Positions 50,601-64,000 of a stretch of DNA of 64,000 nucleotides are shown piece by piece. A program made the translations under genes and the position numbers. The number at the start of each line of letters is the position of its first letter. The stretch's first letter is position 1. The notes beneath the pieces were generated by a model. That model was given only the letters and a program-made list of their open reading frames with translations. It ran no database searches and was not told where the DNA came from. The DNA lies in NCBI GenBank assembly GCA_030141605.1, contig JAQGDQ010001079.1:787-64786 (forward strand). Direction: 5' to 3'. Origin of the DNA: Tubiluchus corallicola (lineage: Eukaryota; Animalia; Priapulida).

Positions 50601-50762
50601 GTTGTATAACCTTGTTTTCCGTTCCTGCAATGAAAAAATCAATACTGTAGCAAACAAAAAATGCATTTTTGCAAAATTTGTAGAAAAGTGTCGCTCAGGC
50701 GGAGGACCGTGTCGTATATTATTAAATATAAAGATTTCTATAGCAACCCTTGCATTCTATAC

Positions 50763-51951
50763 GAACCCTTACTATATTTAATTGCTTTATTTTAAAATAA
50801 CAGTAATATTATGTTATTATGCTTCAATAAGAACCCTTACTATCTTTAATTGCGTTTATTTTAAAATTTTAAATAACAGTAATATTATGTTATTATGCTT
50901 CAAAAAGAACCCTTACTATCTTTAATTGCGTTTATTTTAAAATAACAGTAATATTATGTTATTATGCTTCAAAAAGAACCCTACTATCTTTAATTGCGTT
51001 TATTTTAAAATAACAGTAATATTATGTTATTATGCTTCAAAAAGAACCCTACTATCTTTAATTGCGTTTATTTTAAAATAACAGTAATATTATGTTATTA
51101 TGCTTCAAAAAGAACCCTTACTATCTTTAATTGCGTTTATTTTAAAATAACAGTAATATTATGTTATTATGCTTCAAAAAGAACCCTTACTATCTTTAAT
51201 TGCGTTTATTTTTTTTAAATAACAGTAATATTATGTTATTATGCTTCAAAAAGAACCCTTACTATCTTTAATTGCGTTTATTTTTTTAAAATAACAGTAA
51301 TATTATGTTATTATGCTTCAAAAAGAACCTTTACTATCTTTAATTGCGTTTATTTTAAAATAACAGTAATATTATGTTATTATGCTTCAAAAAGAACCTT
51401 TACTATCTTTAATTGCGTTTATTTTAAAATAACAGTAATATTATGTTATTATGCTTCAAAAAGAACCCTTACTATCTTTAATTGCGTTTATTTTAAAATA
51501 ACAGTAATATTATGTTATTATGCTTCAAAAAGAACCTTTACTATCTTTAATTGCGTTTATTTTAAAATAACAGTAATATTATGTTATTATGCTTCAAAAA
51601 GAACCCTTACTGTCTTTAATTGCGTTTATTTTTTTTAAAATAACAGTAATATTATGTTATTATGCTTCAAAAAGAACCTTTACTATCTTTAATTGCGTTT
51701 ATTTTAAAATAACAGTAATATTATGTTATTATGCTTCAAAAAGAACCCTTACTATCTTTAATTGCGTTTATTTTAAAATAACAGTAATATTATGTTACTA
51801 TGCTTCAAAAAGAACCTTTACTATCTTTAATTGCGTTTCTTTCAAAATAACAGTAATATTATGTTACTATGCTTCAAAAAGAACCCCTACTATATTTAAT
51901 TGCTTTATTTTGAAACAACAGTAATATTATCTTATTATGCTTCAAAAAGAA
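50763..51951. repeat. ~69-bp AT-rich minisatellite, ~17 copies
   Basis: Unit AAGAACCCTTACTATCTTTAATTGCGTTTATTTTAAAATAACAGTAATATTATGTTATTATGCTTCAAA. Confidence 0.95.
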
Positions 51952-52210
51952 TATGCAGTTTTGTTTTAAGTAAAATTTATTCTAATTTCTTGAAGTAAAT
52001 GACAAAGTAATTAAAGTTTCCATGCGCCATCTAAGAAATTTAGGTCTACCCAGAAACATGCATTAGTAAAATTATCAATTTCTAAAATGTGGGAGCCAAT
52101 GATAGTGACACCGTTGACTGGTATATCTTGAATGTGGGAGATTTCCCTACCTTCCTGTAAGACCATATATACGTATATATGCAAGACCATGTATATATTC
52201 CTGTTTCATG

Positions 52211-52733
52211 TTTACTGAAGATATACGATGCGATATGCCTACATGTCTTCAGAAAACCGGAAGTTTTGATAACAATTATAACCGTGGGTTTAATAGCCGA
52301 GTGGTCATGATAGTGGTTTACTGAAGATATACTATGCTATATGCCTATATGTCTTCAGAAAACAGAAATTTTTGATAACAATTATAACCGTGGGTTTAAT
52401 AGCCGAGTGGTCATGATAGTGGTTTACTGAAGATATACTATGCTATATGCCTATATGTCTTCAGAAAACAGAAATTTTTGATAACAATTATAACCGTGGG
52501 TTTAATAGCCGAGTGGTCATGATAGTGGTTTACTGAAGATATACTATGCTATATGCCTATATGTCTTCAGAAAACAGGAATTTTTGATAACAATTATAAC
52601 CGTGGGTTTAATAGCCGAGTGGTCATGATAGTGGTTTACTGAAGATATACTATGCTATATGCCTACATGTCTTCAGAAAACAGGAATTTTTGATAACAAT
52701 TATAACCGTGGGTTTAATAGCCGAGTGGTCATG
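52211..52733. repeat. 106-bp tandem repeat, 5 copies
   Basis: CTGAAGATAT at 52215, 52321, 52427, 52533, 52639. Confidence 0.95.
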
Positions 52734-53305
52734 TTAAATTCATAACAACCAACGGTAAGCAATGCCTGTTTTGATTACGAAATGGACGTCGGATAGCCTG
52801 CTTCAGTACTGGAATGCTTCATTTTCTATACTCATCATCATCATTTCTCTTCGTCAAGGAAGGACGTATTGACATAAATGTGACTAAGGCAACTCTGGGT
52901 CGTTGCAGAGGATTATCTTTGTTAACGAGCTATGTTCCAGTACTACCACAATCATCCACACTACGTAGGGATATGGGTTTGCAGATTTGTATAGACCTAT
53001 TCCGGAATGCTGAGCATTGAATTACTCCCTTATAGGCATTTTTCTTTCCACCCTGTCTAAATACGTCATTTAGAATGTATTGATGTTACCGTTTACTGTT
53101 GTCGTAGAATCCACTTCTCGTGAATATGTTCAAATGCGTTTTGTCATTGATGTGGAGTCATTATTTGAATAATTTAGAGTAAAACTACGACTCCATGTGC
53201 ACGTAATGCGTAATGCGTAATCTGTGATGCGTAATGCGTATTGACTGTTTCGTAAATGCTACGCATATTAACAAAACTCACGGCACTCTTTCCGCCATTT
53301 TTGGT

Positions 53306-53838
53306 CACTACTTTAAAAAGAAATTAAAAGATTATCATTATAACAGGTTTCAACTTCCACATTGTGCATCTGATACTAATTACACAGACTCAACTTTCAT
53401 CTACCCCCGCCTCTGACTCCATAAAACGATTAAAAATGTAAAATTTTAAAAAAAATTATGTAATGTAATACGTGTTCTGTTAGTTTTGTAATGTCAAATG
53501 TATAAATAGCGTAAATGTAATTAATGAAATTTATGTAATGTAAAGCATGTTTCTGTTAATTGTGTCATGTCAAATGTATATTGTGTAAAATATGTCATGT
53601 AAAATTTAATGTACTTTTGTAATATTGTTTTGTAAAAATATTTTAATATGGTGTTTGTAAATATGTTCATTTATTGTATATAATTAGGCCTTAGTTTTGC
53701 ACTTTGGTGTTTTTAGTCAGCACTGGACGCATTTGTCTTGAACAGTGTTGTTATCTTAACATTACGCTGAGGCTTATTCAATTTTATTATAATGAGTGAA
53801 CCATTTTTATGACAAATAAAGAATTAATATATGTATAT
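53306..53838 (+). mobile_element. 3' fragment of (TA)n-tailed LINE
   Basis: Reverse complement of ~24670-25190. Confidence 0.85.
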
Positions 53839-53872
53839 TCGTGAAAATTGCAAGCAATGATTTCAGGAAACC

Positions 53873-54085
53873 ATGTCTCGTCGAAATTTAAACGTGATAA
53901 TTACAGCATCAGCTTATTATTGTACTATTAGATGGAAAAGAAAGCACGTGTTTTGGGTGCATAACATTTTGCAGTGGAGAGAACAATGCGGCAGGCATCA
54001 TCATTTAGTGAAAGAAAGGCAGTTAGATGCACAACACATAACTACATGCTTCTTCCATCTCTCAAAGACTCAAATAGAAAAATTA
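53873..54085 (+). pseudogene. Degenerate N-terminus of a PIF/Harbinger (HARBI1-like) transposase
   Basis: KRKHVFWVHNILQWREQCGRHHHLVKERQLD...FFHLSKTQIEKL resembles the WV...R...G.FH.LV.ELR.D...YFRMS..QF..L N-terminal pattern; catalytic DDE region absent. Confidence 0.55.
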
Positions 54086-54274
54086 TTCTTGTTTGTTTAT
54101 AAGTGCCAAAGTTACCAAAACTCTCCTAACTACAATTTTCAGAAAGCTAAACAGCGAAAATGGTCGCCGGAAACTCGAAAACTCACTGTAATCACCTAGG
54201 CAATAGAGATTTCCCGTATTGCTGCGTGATGCGTATTTGGACGATAGCGATCAGGTTCGAATGAATACGAAACC

Positions 54275-54535
54275 CGCATCGCGTATTACAGATCACACAT
54301 CGCGTATTACGGATCACGCATCGTGTATTACGGATCACGCATTGCGTATTACGGATCACGCATCGCGTATTACGAATCACGCATCGCATATTACGGATCA
54401 CGCATCGCGTATTACGGATCACGCATCGCGTATTACGGATCACGTATCGCATATTACGGATCACGCATCGCGTATTACGGATCACGCATCGCGTATTACG
54501 AATCACGTATCGCGTATTACGGATCACGCATCACG
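54275..54535. repeat. 21-bp CpG-rich minisatellite (GCATCGCGTATTACGGATCAC)n
   Basis: ~12 copies; explains ORFs 54192-54667. Confidence 0.95.
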
Positions 54536-54739
54536 TACACATGGAAACACTTCTACATGTTTAAATACAAACTATTGTATACGCATTGCAGATCACGCAT
54601 CACACATTACGTAAACATGGGGTCATATCTTAACTCTATGACACGTCACAACGTAAAAACTGTCTAAAAAGGCATTTCCTAATTAACAACGAAAACAAGC
54701 CAGGCATCGCGGCGAAATAGGCTACTTTATAGAGTGACT

Positions 54740-55381
54740 TATATATATATATATATATCTATATATATATATATTAATTCTTTATTTGTCATAAAAATGG
54801 TTCACTCATTATAATAAAATTGAGTAAGCCTCAGCGTAATGTTAAGATAACAACACCGTTCAAGACAAATGCGTCCAGTGCAGACTAAAAAAAACTAAAG
54901 TGCAAAACTAAGGTCTAATTATATACAATAAATGAACATATTTACAAACACCATATTAAAATATTTTTACAAAACAATATTACAAAAGTACATTAAATTT
55001 TACATGACATATTTTACACTATAAATACATTTGACATGACACAATTAACAGAAACATGCTTTACATTACATAAATTTCACTCATTACATTTACACTATTT
55101 ATACATTTGACATTACAAAACTAACATAACACGTATTACATTACATAATTTTTTTAAAATTTTTACATTTTTAATCATTTTATGGAGTCAGGGGCGGGGG
55201 TAGATGAAAGTTGAGTCTGTGTAATTAGTATCAGTTGCACAATGTGGAAGTTGAAACCTGTTATATTGATATTCTTTTAATTTCTTTTTAAAGTGGTGGA
55301 GAGATTCTATTTGTTTTATTTCACTGGGTAGTAAGTTCCATAAATGTATGGCCTGTTTTGATATAGAGTTATTTCCAAATA
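54740..55381 (-). mobile_element. 3' fragment of (TA)n-tailed LINE
   Basis: Near-identical to ~24670-25275. Confidence 0.85.
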
Positions 55382-55886
55382 ACTTTACTTCGCTAGCAAG
55401 TAACCAAAAAAATGTATTGCGGTTCCAACGCGCGCAAATTTAGTGGGTACTCTAATGACAAATTTACTCAAAGCGTTAAAAGCGAGTTTCCAAAGCCACG
55501 AGTTGTTCGCGTGACGAATGTTTATTTCATAACGCAACAACGTAATGCGTTTACATTGTTTCTTAATCTTAATGGAATTTTGTAACGGAATAACGTGACT
55601 TACTATCACGTATGACAGAAAGTGAGGTTTAGCTTTTAAAACCATTTCGAGTTTTAGGTCTAATTCTGAGTCAAATTAAGTCTTTATTTAGCTAATTAAC
55701 TAATGCTCCAACTGTAAATGTTGACAACAGAAAATTATTTAAAACCGGCTATGTCATGTCGATTTTAGCACAAATTTTTACTTTTGATTTTTAGTCACTT
55801 GTTTTTTACCAGGCATGTTTACTACGCAGCTTCACAAATTTCTTCTTTTCGTCCATTTGTTTGTTTTTTCTTTCTTTCTATCTATT

Positions 55887-55961
<75 letters not shown>

Positions 55962-56027
55962 TCTTTCTATCTAGCTATCTGTCTGTCTGTGTTAGACAAC
56001 TATCTTAGTTCTTTGTGTTTTTTACTG

Positions 56028-56711
56028 TCCGTTTGAACAAGTATGCGAGTTACTTGGCGAGTTACTTAGTGAGCTTTTAGCAGTGAACCTAAGAATGAGT
56101 GTCAGTGCGCGCTTGTGGTCGGGGAGTAATCGCAGTAAGTTTTGCTCGTTTGTTTGAACAAGCTTGTGAGTTACTTGGCGAGTTACTTAGTGAGTTACTT
56201 AGTGAGTTTTTAGCAGTGAACCTAAGAATGAGTGTCAGCGCGCTCTTGTAGTCGGAGAGTAATCGCAGTAAGATTTGCTTTTTTGTCTGAACACACTTGT
56301 GAGTTACTTAGCGAGTTACTTAGTGGGTTACTTAGTGAGTTTTTAGCAGTGAACCTCTGAATAGGTGTTGGCACGCGCTTGTAGTCTGAGAGTAATCGCA
56401 GTAAGTTTTGCTCTTTTGTCTGAACACGCTTGCGAGTTACTTGGCGAGTTACTTAGTGAGTTTTTAGCAGTGAACCTAAGAATGAGTGTCAGCGCGCTCT
56501 TGTAGTCGGAGAGTAATCGCAGTAAGATTTGCTTTTTTGCCTGAACACACTTGTGAGTTACTTAGCGAGTTACTTAGCGACTTACTTAGTGAGTTTTTAG
56601 CAGTGAACCTCTGAACAGGTGTCAATAGTCAGAGAGTAATTGCAACAAGTTACGAGTTACTTGGCGAGGAAACTCACTAGTCTGAACGCGCCACTAGTCT
56701 GAACGCGCCAC
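56028..56711. mobile_element. Harbinger-like element end with ~120-130-bp tandem repeat related to the 39.5-40.5 kb array
   Basis: Ends AGTCTGAACGCGCCA (tandemly duplicated); units align with the reverse complement of the 98-bp unit. Confidence 0.6.
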
Positions 56712-57167
56712 AAGAATGATTTTTCGCTTAGTTACCTGTGAGTAACTAAATCATTTGAGGTTCAAAAGTCATGGCATCGCAACCTGTAACGACTCATAAA
56801 TCACTTTTGCTCCTTATAACGTACAGCAGATGTGCTCATCTCAACAATAAAATCTCAGTTGACATGACTCATTTCACGCTTGGATGAGTATAACTGATGA
56901 AATGTGGCTTCATTGATGAAAAATAAAATCTTACCGACATGACAACAAACAGTCAAACGCACGAACCACCTTCAACAAGCAGACAGGCGTGGAAACAACA
57001 AGCATTACAATGCAGAGAAAATTGATGAAATTGCTTACAGAGAATGTCAAGCCGAGAAAGACTCGCTAGTTCACATTTTAGAAGCCACTGTATTAAGCAA
57101 AAGATGGATTTTCAACCAAAAGTTTTGCTTGTGACAAGTTGCTGAGTTTAAAGTGTACTGTTGTCAC

Positions 57168-57868
<701 letters not shown>

Positions 57869-58223
57869 CAACCCCGATGGCGGTGTTGCCGTCGTCACCG
57901 CCACCGCCAATGTTGTTCAAAACTAACTTTTTACATACATACTCAGATACAGCACAAATACAGTACAAACTGACATAAAACTGGTAACATCAGTTAACCA
58001 AGTTTTAAGAGAAAGAGCATTTGTTGCACCATGAAACACTAGTCAAACTTAACAAATCCGTAGAACCTTATCTTGTATGCCGATATCTGAGTATCATTAA
58101 TCATCCATATCATTGTCTCATCTATCATATCTCTATATCATCCGCCCCCCCCCCGACTAATTTTCGCCATTCCTTGCACGTCTTATTTCCTGTTTTACCA
58201 CCAGTATATAAAGTTTTTCCACC

Positions 58224-58545
<322 letters not shown>

Positions 58546-60193
58546 AGGAGAAATAAGGAAAGAAAGTAAGAAAGATAAATAGATAGGAAGAAAAAACAAA
58601 CAAATGGACGAAAAGAAGAAACTTGTGAAGCTGCGTAGTAAACATGCCTGGTAAAAAACAAGTGACTAAAAATCAATAATTTATCCACACATATTGCACT
58701 ATCACAATGTCACGTGTCACAATGCAGAAGTTAATTATAATAATTATATCCTGGAATTAACTGTTCTAATTTAAACAACCGAGTAGAAATAACTGTTGCT
58801 AATGTCAAAAAATGAACTAGGCAAGGTTCTAGCTGGCTGTTAATAAAATTACAACAGCATGGACTGCAAGGCGTTGTCAAGTGTACACAAATGCCTTGTC
58901 TGGTACACTTAACCTTTGACCTTTCACGATAGTCATCAATTGCTGGAACTGTGAAAAGGCTTATTAATAATTAACGGTGACGTAATCTTTGAAAGCTTAC
59001 ATCATGGTTGACGGTGTGGTACCCATCAGAGCATACGTACTTAACATAAAAACGTATGAAGACATTCACTAAGCACTCAGCTAATGCCACCATCAGTTGG
59101 CCTCGTTATGGTAATTATTTATTTATGGTAATTCGGTTGTCCATACCAAAGTCACTCTCCGTTATGCAGACGGAAAACCTTTCTAGCTGCAACAGAGACC
59201 TTTGTTCGGGATTTTTGTAAAAAATGTGCCCACAAAACTTCATGCGATTTAATCGGCTTCATTAAGTGTCCATAGGCAAACAAGAAATCAACTGACTGAC
59301 CAACCAATTAACCAACTAACCGAGTAACCATGTGGCAGATCAATCATTAACCATTTGGCTTTGTCTGCAACAAAATGAAGATTTTCACTGCCTGTGCATG
59401 TTGGAATAAACTTACTAATCAAGTTTTGAAAACAGAAATTAATTGTGAATTCTTAAAAGAAGTTCACATGTTAATGTTAATATAAAAAAATAAAAACGAC
59501 TCACAAATTTGGCTCTTTCAACCTTAAAATTCGTCATAATTCACAGCAGTTTGCACCACTTGCAAATATTACAAGGACCACCAGTTGAAATTACAAGTAA
59601 AAAAAACTCGCTTAGTTGCTTCAAACATTTCTTCAGCAACATTGTTGCAAGTTTAATGAATAAACTACCACCATATGTGAATGATGCTCCAACTGCAAAT
59701 GCTGGCAACAGAAAATCATTAAAAAACCGGCCATGTCATGTTGATTTTAGCAAATTTTTACTTTTTAAACAGACACTTGTAAGCAGCTATTTTAGTTATT
59801 TGTGTTTTTTACCTTAATCTTCTACATATATGATTATTATCATCACTTTGTTTCAATTTGCACTGTTTTTGTAGTTGTCCTTTATTATTTTATTTCAGTT
59901 TTTAACTGCCTTGTCACTCGTCTATTGCACTTTGAAGGTTACGAAATAAAAAAATGAAAAAATAAATAAAATGTAGCCACACAACTCAGTTACTTCAATG
60001 CACTTTCTGAAAAATTAATGAATATGCGATTCGTTCATTTAATGGATTGTTCACAGGAAGAAAAACAAAGAGACGATAACAATGAAGAAACGAACAGCAA
60101 AACTGAGGAAACCAGCAAAAAGTTAAAAAGATCGATGGAGAATCGATCGAGTAAACGAGTGGACCATAAACCAGCAATGAATAATTGCACAAG

Positions 60194-61790
60194 CAAATAA
60201 ATACACAACGGTGTAAACAAACAATACGCAGACATAGAAACAAATAAATACACAACGGTGTAAATAGACAACATGCAACATAGAAACAAATAAATGCACA
60301 ATGTCGTAAACAAACAACATGCAACATAGAAACAAATAAATACACAACGGCATAAATAGACAACACGCAAACATAGAAACAAATAAATACACAACGGCGT
60401 AAATAGACAACATGCAACATAGAAACAAATAAATACACAATGGCGTAAATAGACAACATGCAACATAGAAACAAATAAATACACAACGGCGTAAATAGAC
60501 AACACGCAAACGTAGAAACAAATAAATACACAACGGCGTAAATAAACAACATGCAACATAGAAACAAATAAATACACAACAGCGTAAATAAACAATACGC
60601 AGACATAGAAACAAATAAATACACAACGGCGTAAATAGACAACACGCAAACATAGAAACAAATAAATACACAACGGCGTAAATAGGCAACATGCAACATA
60701 GAAACAAATAAATACACAACGGCGTAAATAGACAACATGCAACATAGAAACAAATAAATACACAACGGCGCAAATAGACAACACGCAAACATAGAAACAA
60801 ATAAATGCACAATGTCGTAAACAAACAACACGCAAACATAGAAACAAATAAATGCACAATGTCGTAAACAAACAACATGCAACATAGAAACAAATAAATA
60901 CACAACGGCGTAAATAGACAACATGCAGACATAGAAACAAATAAATACACAACGGCGTAAATAGACAACATGCAACATAGAAACAAATAAATACACAACG
61001 GCGTAAATAGACAACACGCAAACATAGAAACAAATAAATACACAACGGCGTAAATAGGCAACACGCAAACATAGAAACAAATAAATACACAATGGCGTAA
61101 ACAAACAACACGCAAACATAGAAACAAATAAATACACAATGGCGTAAATAGACAACACGCAAACATAGAAACAAATAAATACACAATGGCGTAAACAAAC
61201 AACACGCAAACATAGAAACAAATAAATACACAACGGCGTAAATAAACAACACGCAAACATAGAAACAAATAAATACACAACAGCGAAAATAAACAACACG
61301 CAAACATAGAAACAAATAAATACACAATGGCGTAAACAAACAACACGCAAACATAGAAACAAATAAATACACAACGGCGTAAATAAACAACACGCAAACA
61401 TAGAAACAAATAAATACACAACAGCGAAAATAAACAACACGCAAACATAGAAACAAATAAATACACAACAGCGAAAATAAACAACACGTAAACATAGAAA
61501 CAAATAAATAAACAACAGCGATAAATAAACAACACGTAAACATAGAAACAAATAAATACACAACGGCGTAAATAAACAACACGCAAACATAGAAACAAAT
61601 AAATACACAACAGCGAAAATAAACAACACGCAAACATAGAAACAAATAAATACACAACATGAAACATAGAAACAAATAAATACATAACAGCGTAAACAAA
61701 CAACACGCAAACATAGAAACAAATAAATACACAACGTCGTGAACAAACAACACGCAAACATAGAAACAAATAAATACACAAATAAATACG
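60194..61790. repeat. 46-47-bp minisatellite, ~34 copies
   Basis: Unit AACATAGAAACAAATAAATACACAACGGCGTAAATAGACAACACGCA; produces three long stop-free minus-strand frames. Confidence 0.95.
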
Positions 61791-62472
61791 CAATCAAACA
61801 AACAACTTGCAAAACAAGTTGCAAGAGAAGTTTCAAAGCTATTCAACTTTACTCTCAGAGAGAAGTTGCGCAACAAGTTGAGAGAGAAGTTTCCACGTCT
61901 GAACGCGCCATTATACAAAAGATCTCGCAACTACACTTGGCCTCACTGGCTCCTAGAAACAGAGATGGCAACCCTGGACTTTTGGTTCATTTCCATTTTA
62001 AACCGCTAAAAACTGACTCTAAAAGATCAACGCAATTTATCTAATAAAGCACATCGTCTTTGACTGGAAATCAATGAGCGAGAAAAACCATGAAACCAAA
62101 CAGAGCGATTTATCAATGTTTCTGACAAACAAGAGAGATCGCAAAACTGTGAATGTTCACAGAGATTAAAAACAACAAGTCGCAGTGTGAAAAATCGCAG
62201 TGTAGATTTATGAGTTTTTGAATAACAGAATATGGCAGTGATTCTGATGACACTAAATGATGTCCTTCATCTCTGAGCTAAAAAACTCCTGTCAAACAGA
62301 ATTGTGGTTTGAAGTAAGAACTTTTCACAGTTATACATGTCGGCACAAAGAGACGTGGGTGATGAATGATATGTGTAAAAGACGATTAATTTAGGGTAAG
62401 AAGAAGCCATCATATAAGTATGCCTTGCCTTCTCCTACTTTCTTATATCATGCATTGTTTTGCTTTGATTAG

Positions 62473-64000
62473 CCTTACCTTGCCTTACCTTACCTTGCCT
62501 TACCTTGCCTTGCCTTGCCTTGCCTTGACTTGCCTTGCCTTGTTTTGCCTTGCCTTGACTTGACTTGCCTTGACTTGACTTGACTTGACTTGCCTTGCCT
62601 TGCCTTGCCTTGCCTTGACTTGACTTGCCTTGACTTGACTTGACTTGACTTGACTTGCCTTGCCTTGCCTTGCCTTGCCTTGCCTTGCCTTGCCTTGCCT
62701 TGCCTTGCCTTGCCTTGCCTTGCCTTGCCTTGACTTGACTTGCCTTGCCTTGCCTTGACTTGACTTGACTTGCCTTGCCTTGACTTGACTTGACTTGCCT
62801 TGCCTTGCCTTGCCTTGCCTTGCCTTGCCTTGCCTTGCCTTGCCTTGCCTTGCCTTGCCTTGCCTTGCCTTGCCTTGACTTGACTTGACTTGACTTGACT
62901 TGTCTTGTCTTGTCTTGTCTTGCCTTGCCTTGCCTTGCCTTGCCTTGCCTTGCCTTGCCTTGCCTTGCCTTGCCTTGCCTTGCCTTGCCTTGCCTTGCCT
63001 TGCCTTGCCTTGCCGTGCCTTGCTTTGCCTTGCCTTGCCGTGCCTTGTCTTCCTGCACCTTGCCTTGACTTGCGCTGCTTTGCCTTGTCACGCCTTGTCT
63101 TCCTGCATTGCTTTGACTTACCTTACTTTGCCTTGTCTCAACGATGCTTTGCCTTTGTCGTAACTTGCTACTGACTGCTGAATCCAAGCCTCGTCCAAAC
63201 CACTGACAATGAAATAACTTTTTTATGGCTTATGCACTCCATGCGTGCGAGCGTGTCATGCGTGCGTGCAGCGTGTCAAGGGCGTTCCATCGGCGTTTTA
63301 TTTACGTATATAAGTGAACGAATCAGAAAACGCCACGTCACTGGCCTTTTAGAACAATCATCTTGACGCTGCAGCAATTCTTAGATTGCTTAAAACTGCA
63401 CTAAACTTTAGGACAGGCTGATGCTGGAATCGTTTATATACTTTGTTACTAATAATAAAAATTCAACGTAGTTCCAAGCTCTAGAATTTTAATTTTAAAA
63501 TTACGCATTTCTAAAAATCCTGGTTTCACATTATTAACACAGCAGAGACGTGACAAGTCATAAAAAGTTATATCATTGTCAGTGGTTTGGACGAGGCTTG
63601 GATTCAGCAGTCAGTAGCAAGTTAAGACAAAGGCAAAGCATCGTTGAGGCAAGGCAAAGTAAGGTAAGTCAAGGCAAGGCAGGAAGACAAGGCGTGACAA
63701 GGCAAAGCAAGGCAAGGCAAGGCACGGCAAGGCAAGGCAAGGCAAGGCAAGGCAAGGCAAGGCAAGGCAAGGCAAGGCAAGGCAAGGCAAGGCAAGGCAA
63801 GGCAAGGCAAGGCAAGGCAAGGCAAGGCAAGGCAAGTCAAGGCAAGGCAAGGCAAGGCAAGGCAAGGCAAGGCAAGGCAAGGCAAGGCAAGGCAAGGCAA
63901 GACAAGGCAAGGCAAGACAAGACAAGACAAGACAAGACAAGACAAGACAAGACAAGTCAAGTCAAGTCAAGTCAAGGCAAGGCAAGGCAAGGCAAGGCAA
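62473..64000. repeat. Large inverted repeat of (CTTGC/CTTGA)n pentamer arrays plus unique inner flanks
   Basis: Left arm to ~63237, right arm from ~63550; CTGACTGCTGAATCCAAGCCTCGTCCAAACCACTGACAATGA matches its reverse complement at ~63573-63614. Confidence 0.9.

Larger units (their letters stand above)
53175..54638. mobile_element. TIR-bounded DNA element containing a LINE tail, a Harbinger-like transposase remnant and a 21-bp array
   Basis: Imperfect ~35-bp TIRs TAGAGTAAAACTACGACTCCATGTGCACGTAATG / CATTACGTAAACATGGGGTCATATCTTAACTCTA; no TSD found. Confidence 0.55.

Noticed and set aside
52215-52260. Hammerhead ribozyme core (CTGAAGA...GAAA) in the 106-bp repeat
   Set aside because: No stem II can close between CUGANGA and GAAA; CTGAAGA instead pairs with TCTTCAG as a simple hairpin.
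59995-61930. Three overlapping 556-631-aa hydrophobic Cys-rich ORFs
   Set aside because: All three frames are open only because the 46-47-bp minisatellite lacks stops on that strand.

Overview
AT-rich, repeat-dense animal genomic DNA with GT-AG introns. The 5S-like sequence resembles mollusc/lophotrochozoan 5S from memory (unverified). No prokaryotic systems or CRISPR arrays are present. Genes: (1) 3' part of a + strand multi-ShKT gene with six one-domain phase-1 exons and a short terminal exon (1427-12144); (2) single-exon 12-finger C2H2 zinc-finger gene (16659-18362); (3) intact intronless GT10 alpha-1,3-fucosyltransferase (22664-23938, -); (4) two tandem intronless class A GPCR paralogues, one intact and one frameshifted, each ending in a minisatellite that overlaps its stop codon; (5) a four-coding-exon, probably GPI-anchored Ly6/uPAR three-finger gene on the - strand (40667-50600) that the ORF track misses. 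Top finding: the whole fucosyltransferase gene lies inside a 5.9-kb hAT-type unit (20477-26397) with perfect 13-bp TIRs and a perfect 8-bp TSD (CTGTTCAG), i.e. a gene-carrying Pack-hAT structure. Also notable is a candidate SINE with a full-length 5S rRNA head and an RTE-like 3' end nested in a Kolobok-like MITE. The rest is MITEs, solo LTRs, LINE fragments and mini/microsatellites. All coordinates were read by hand.
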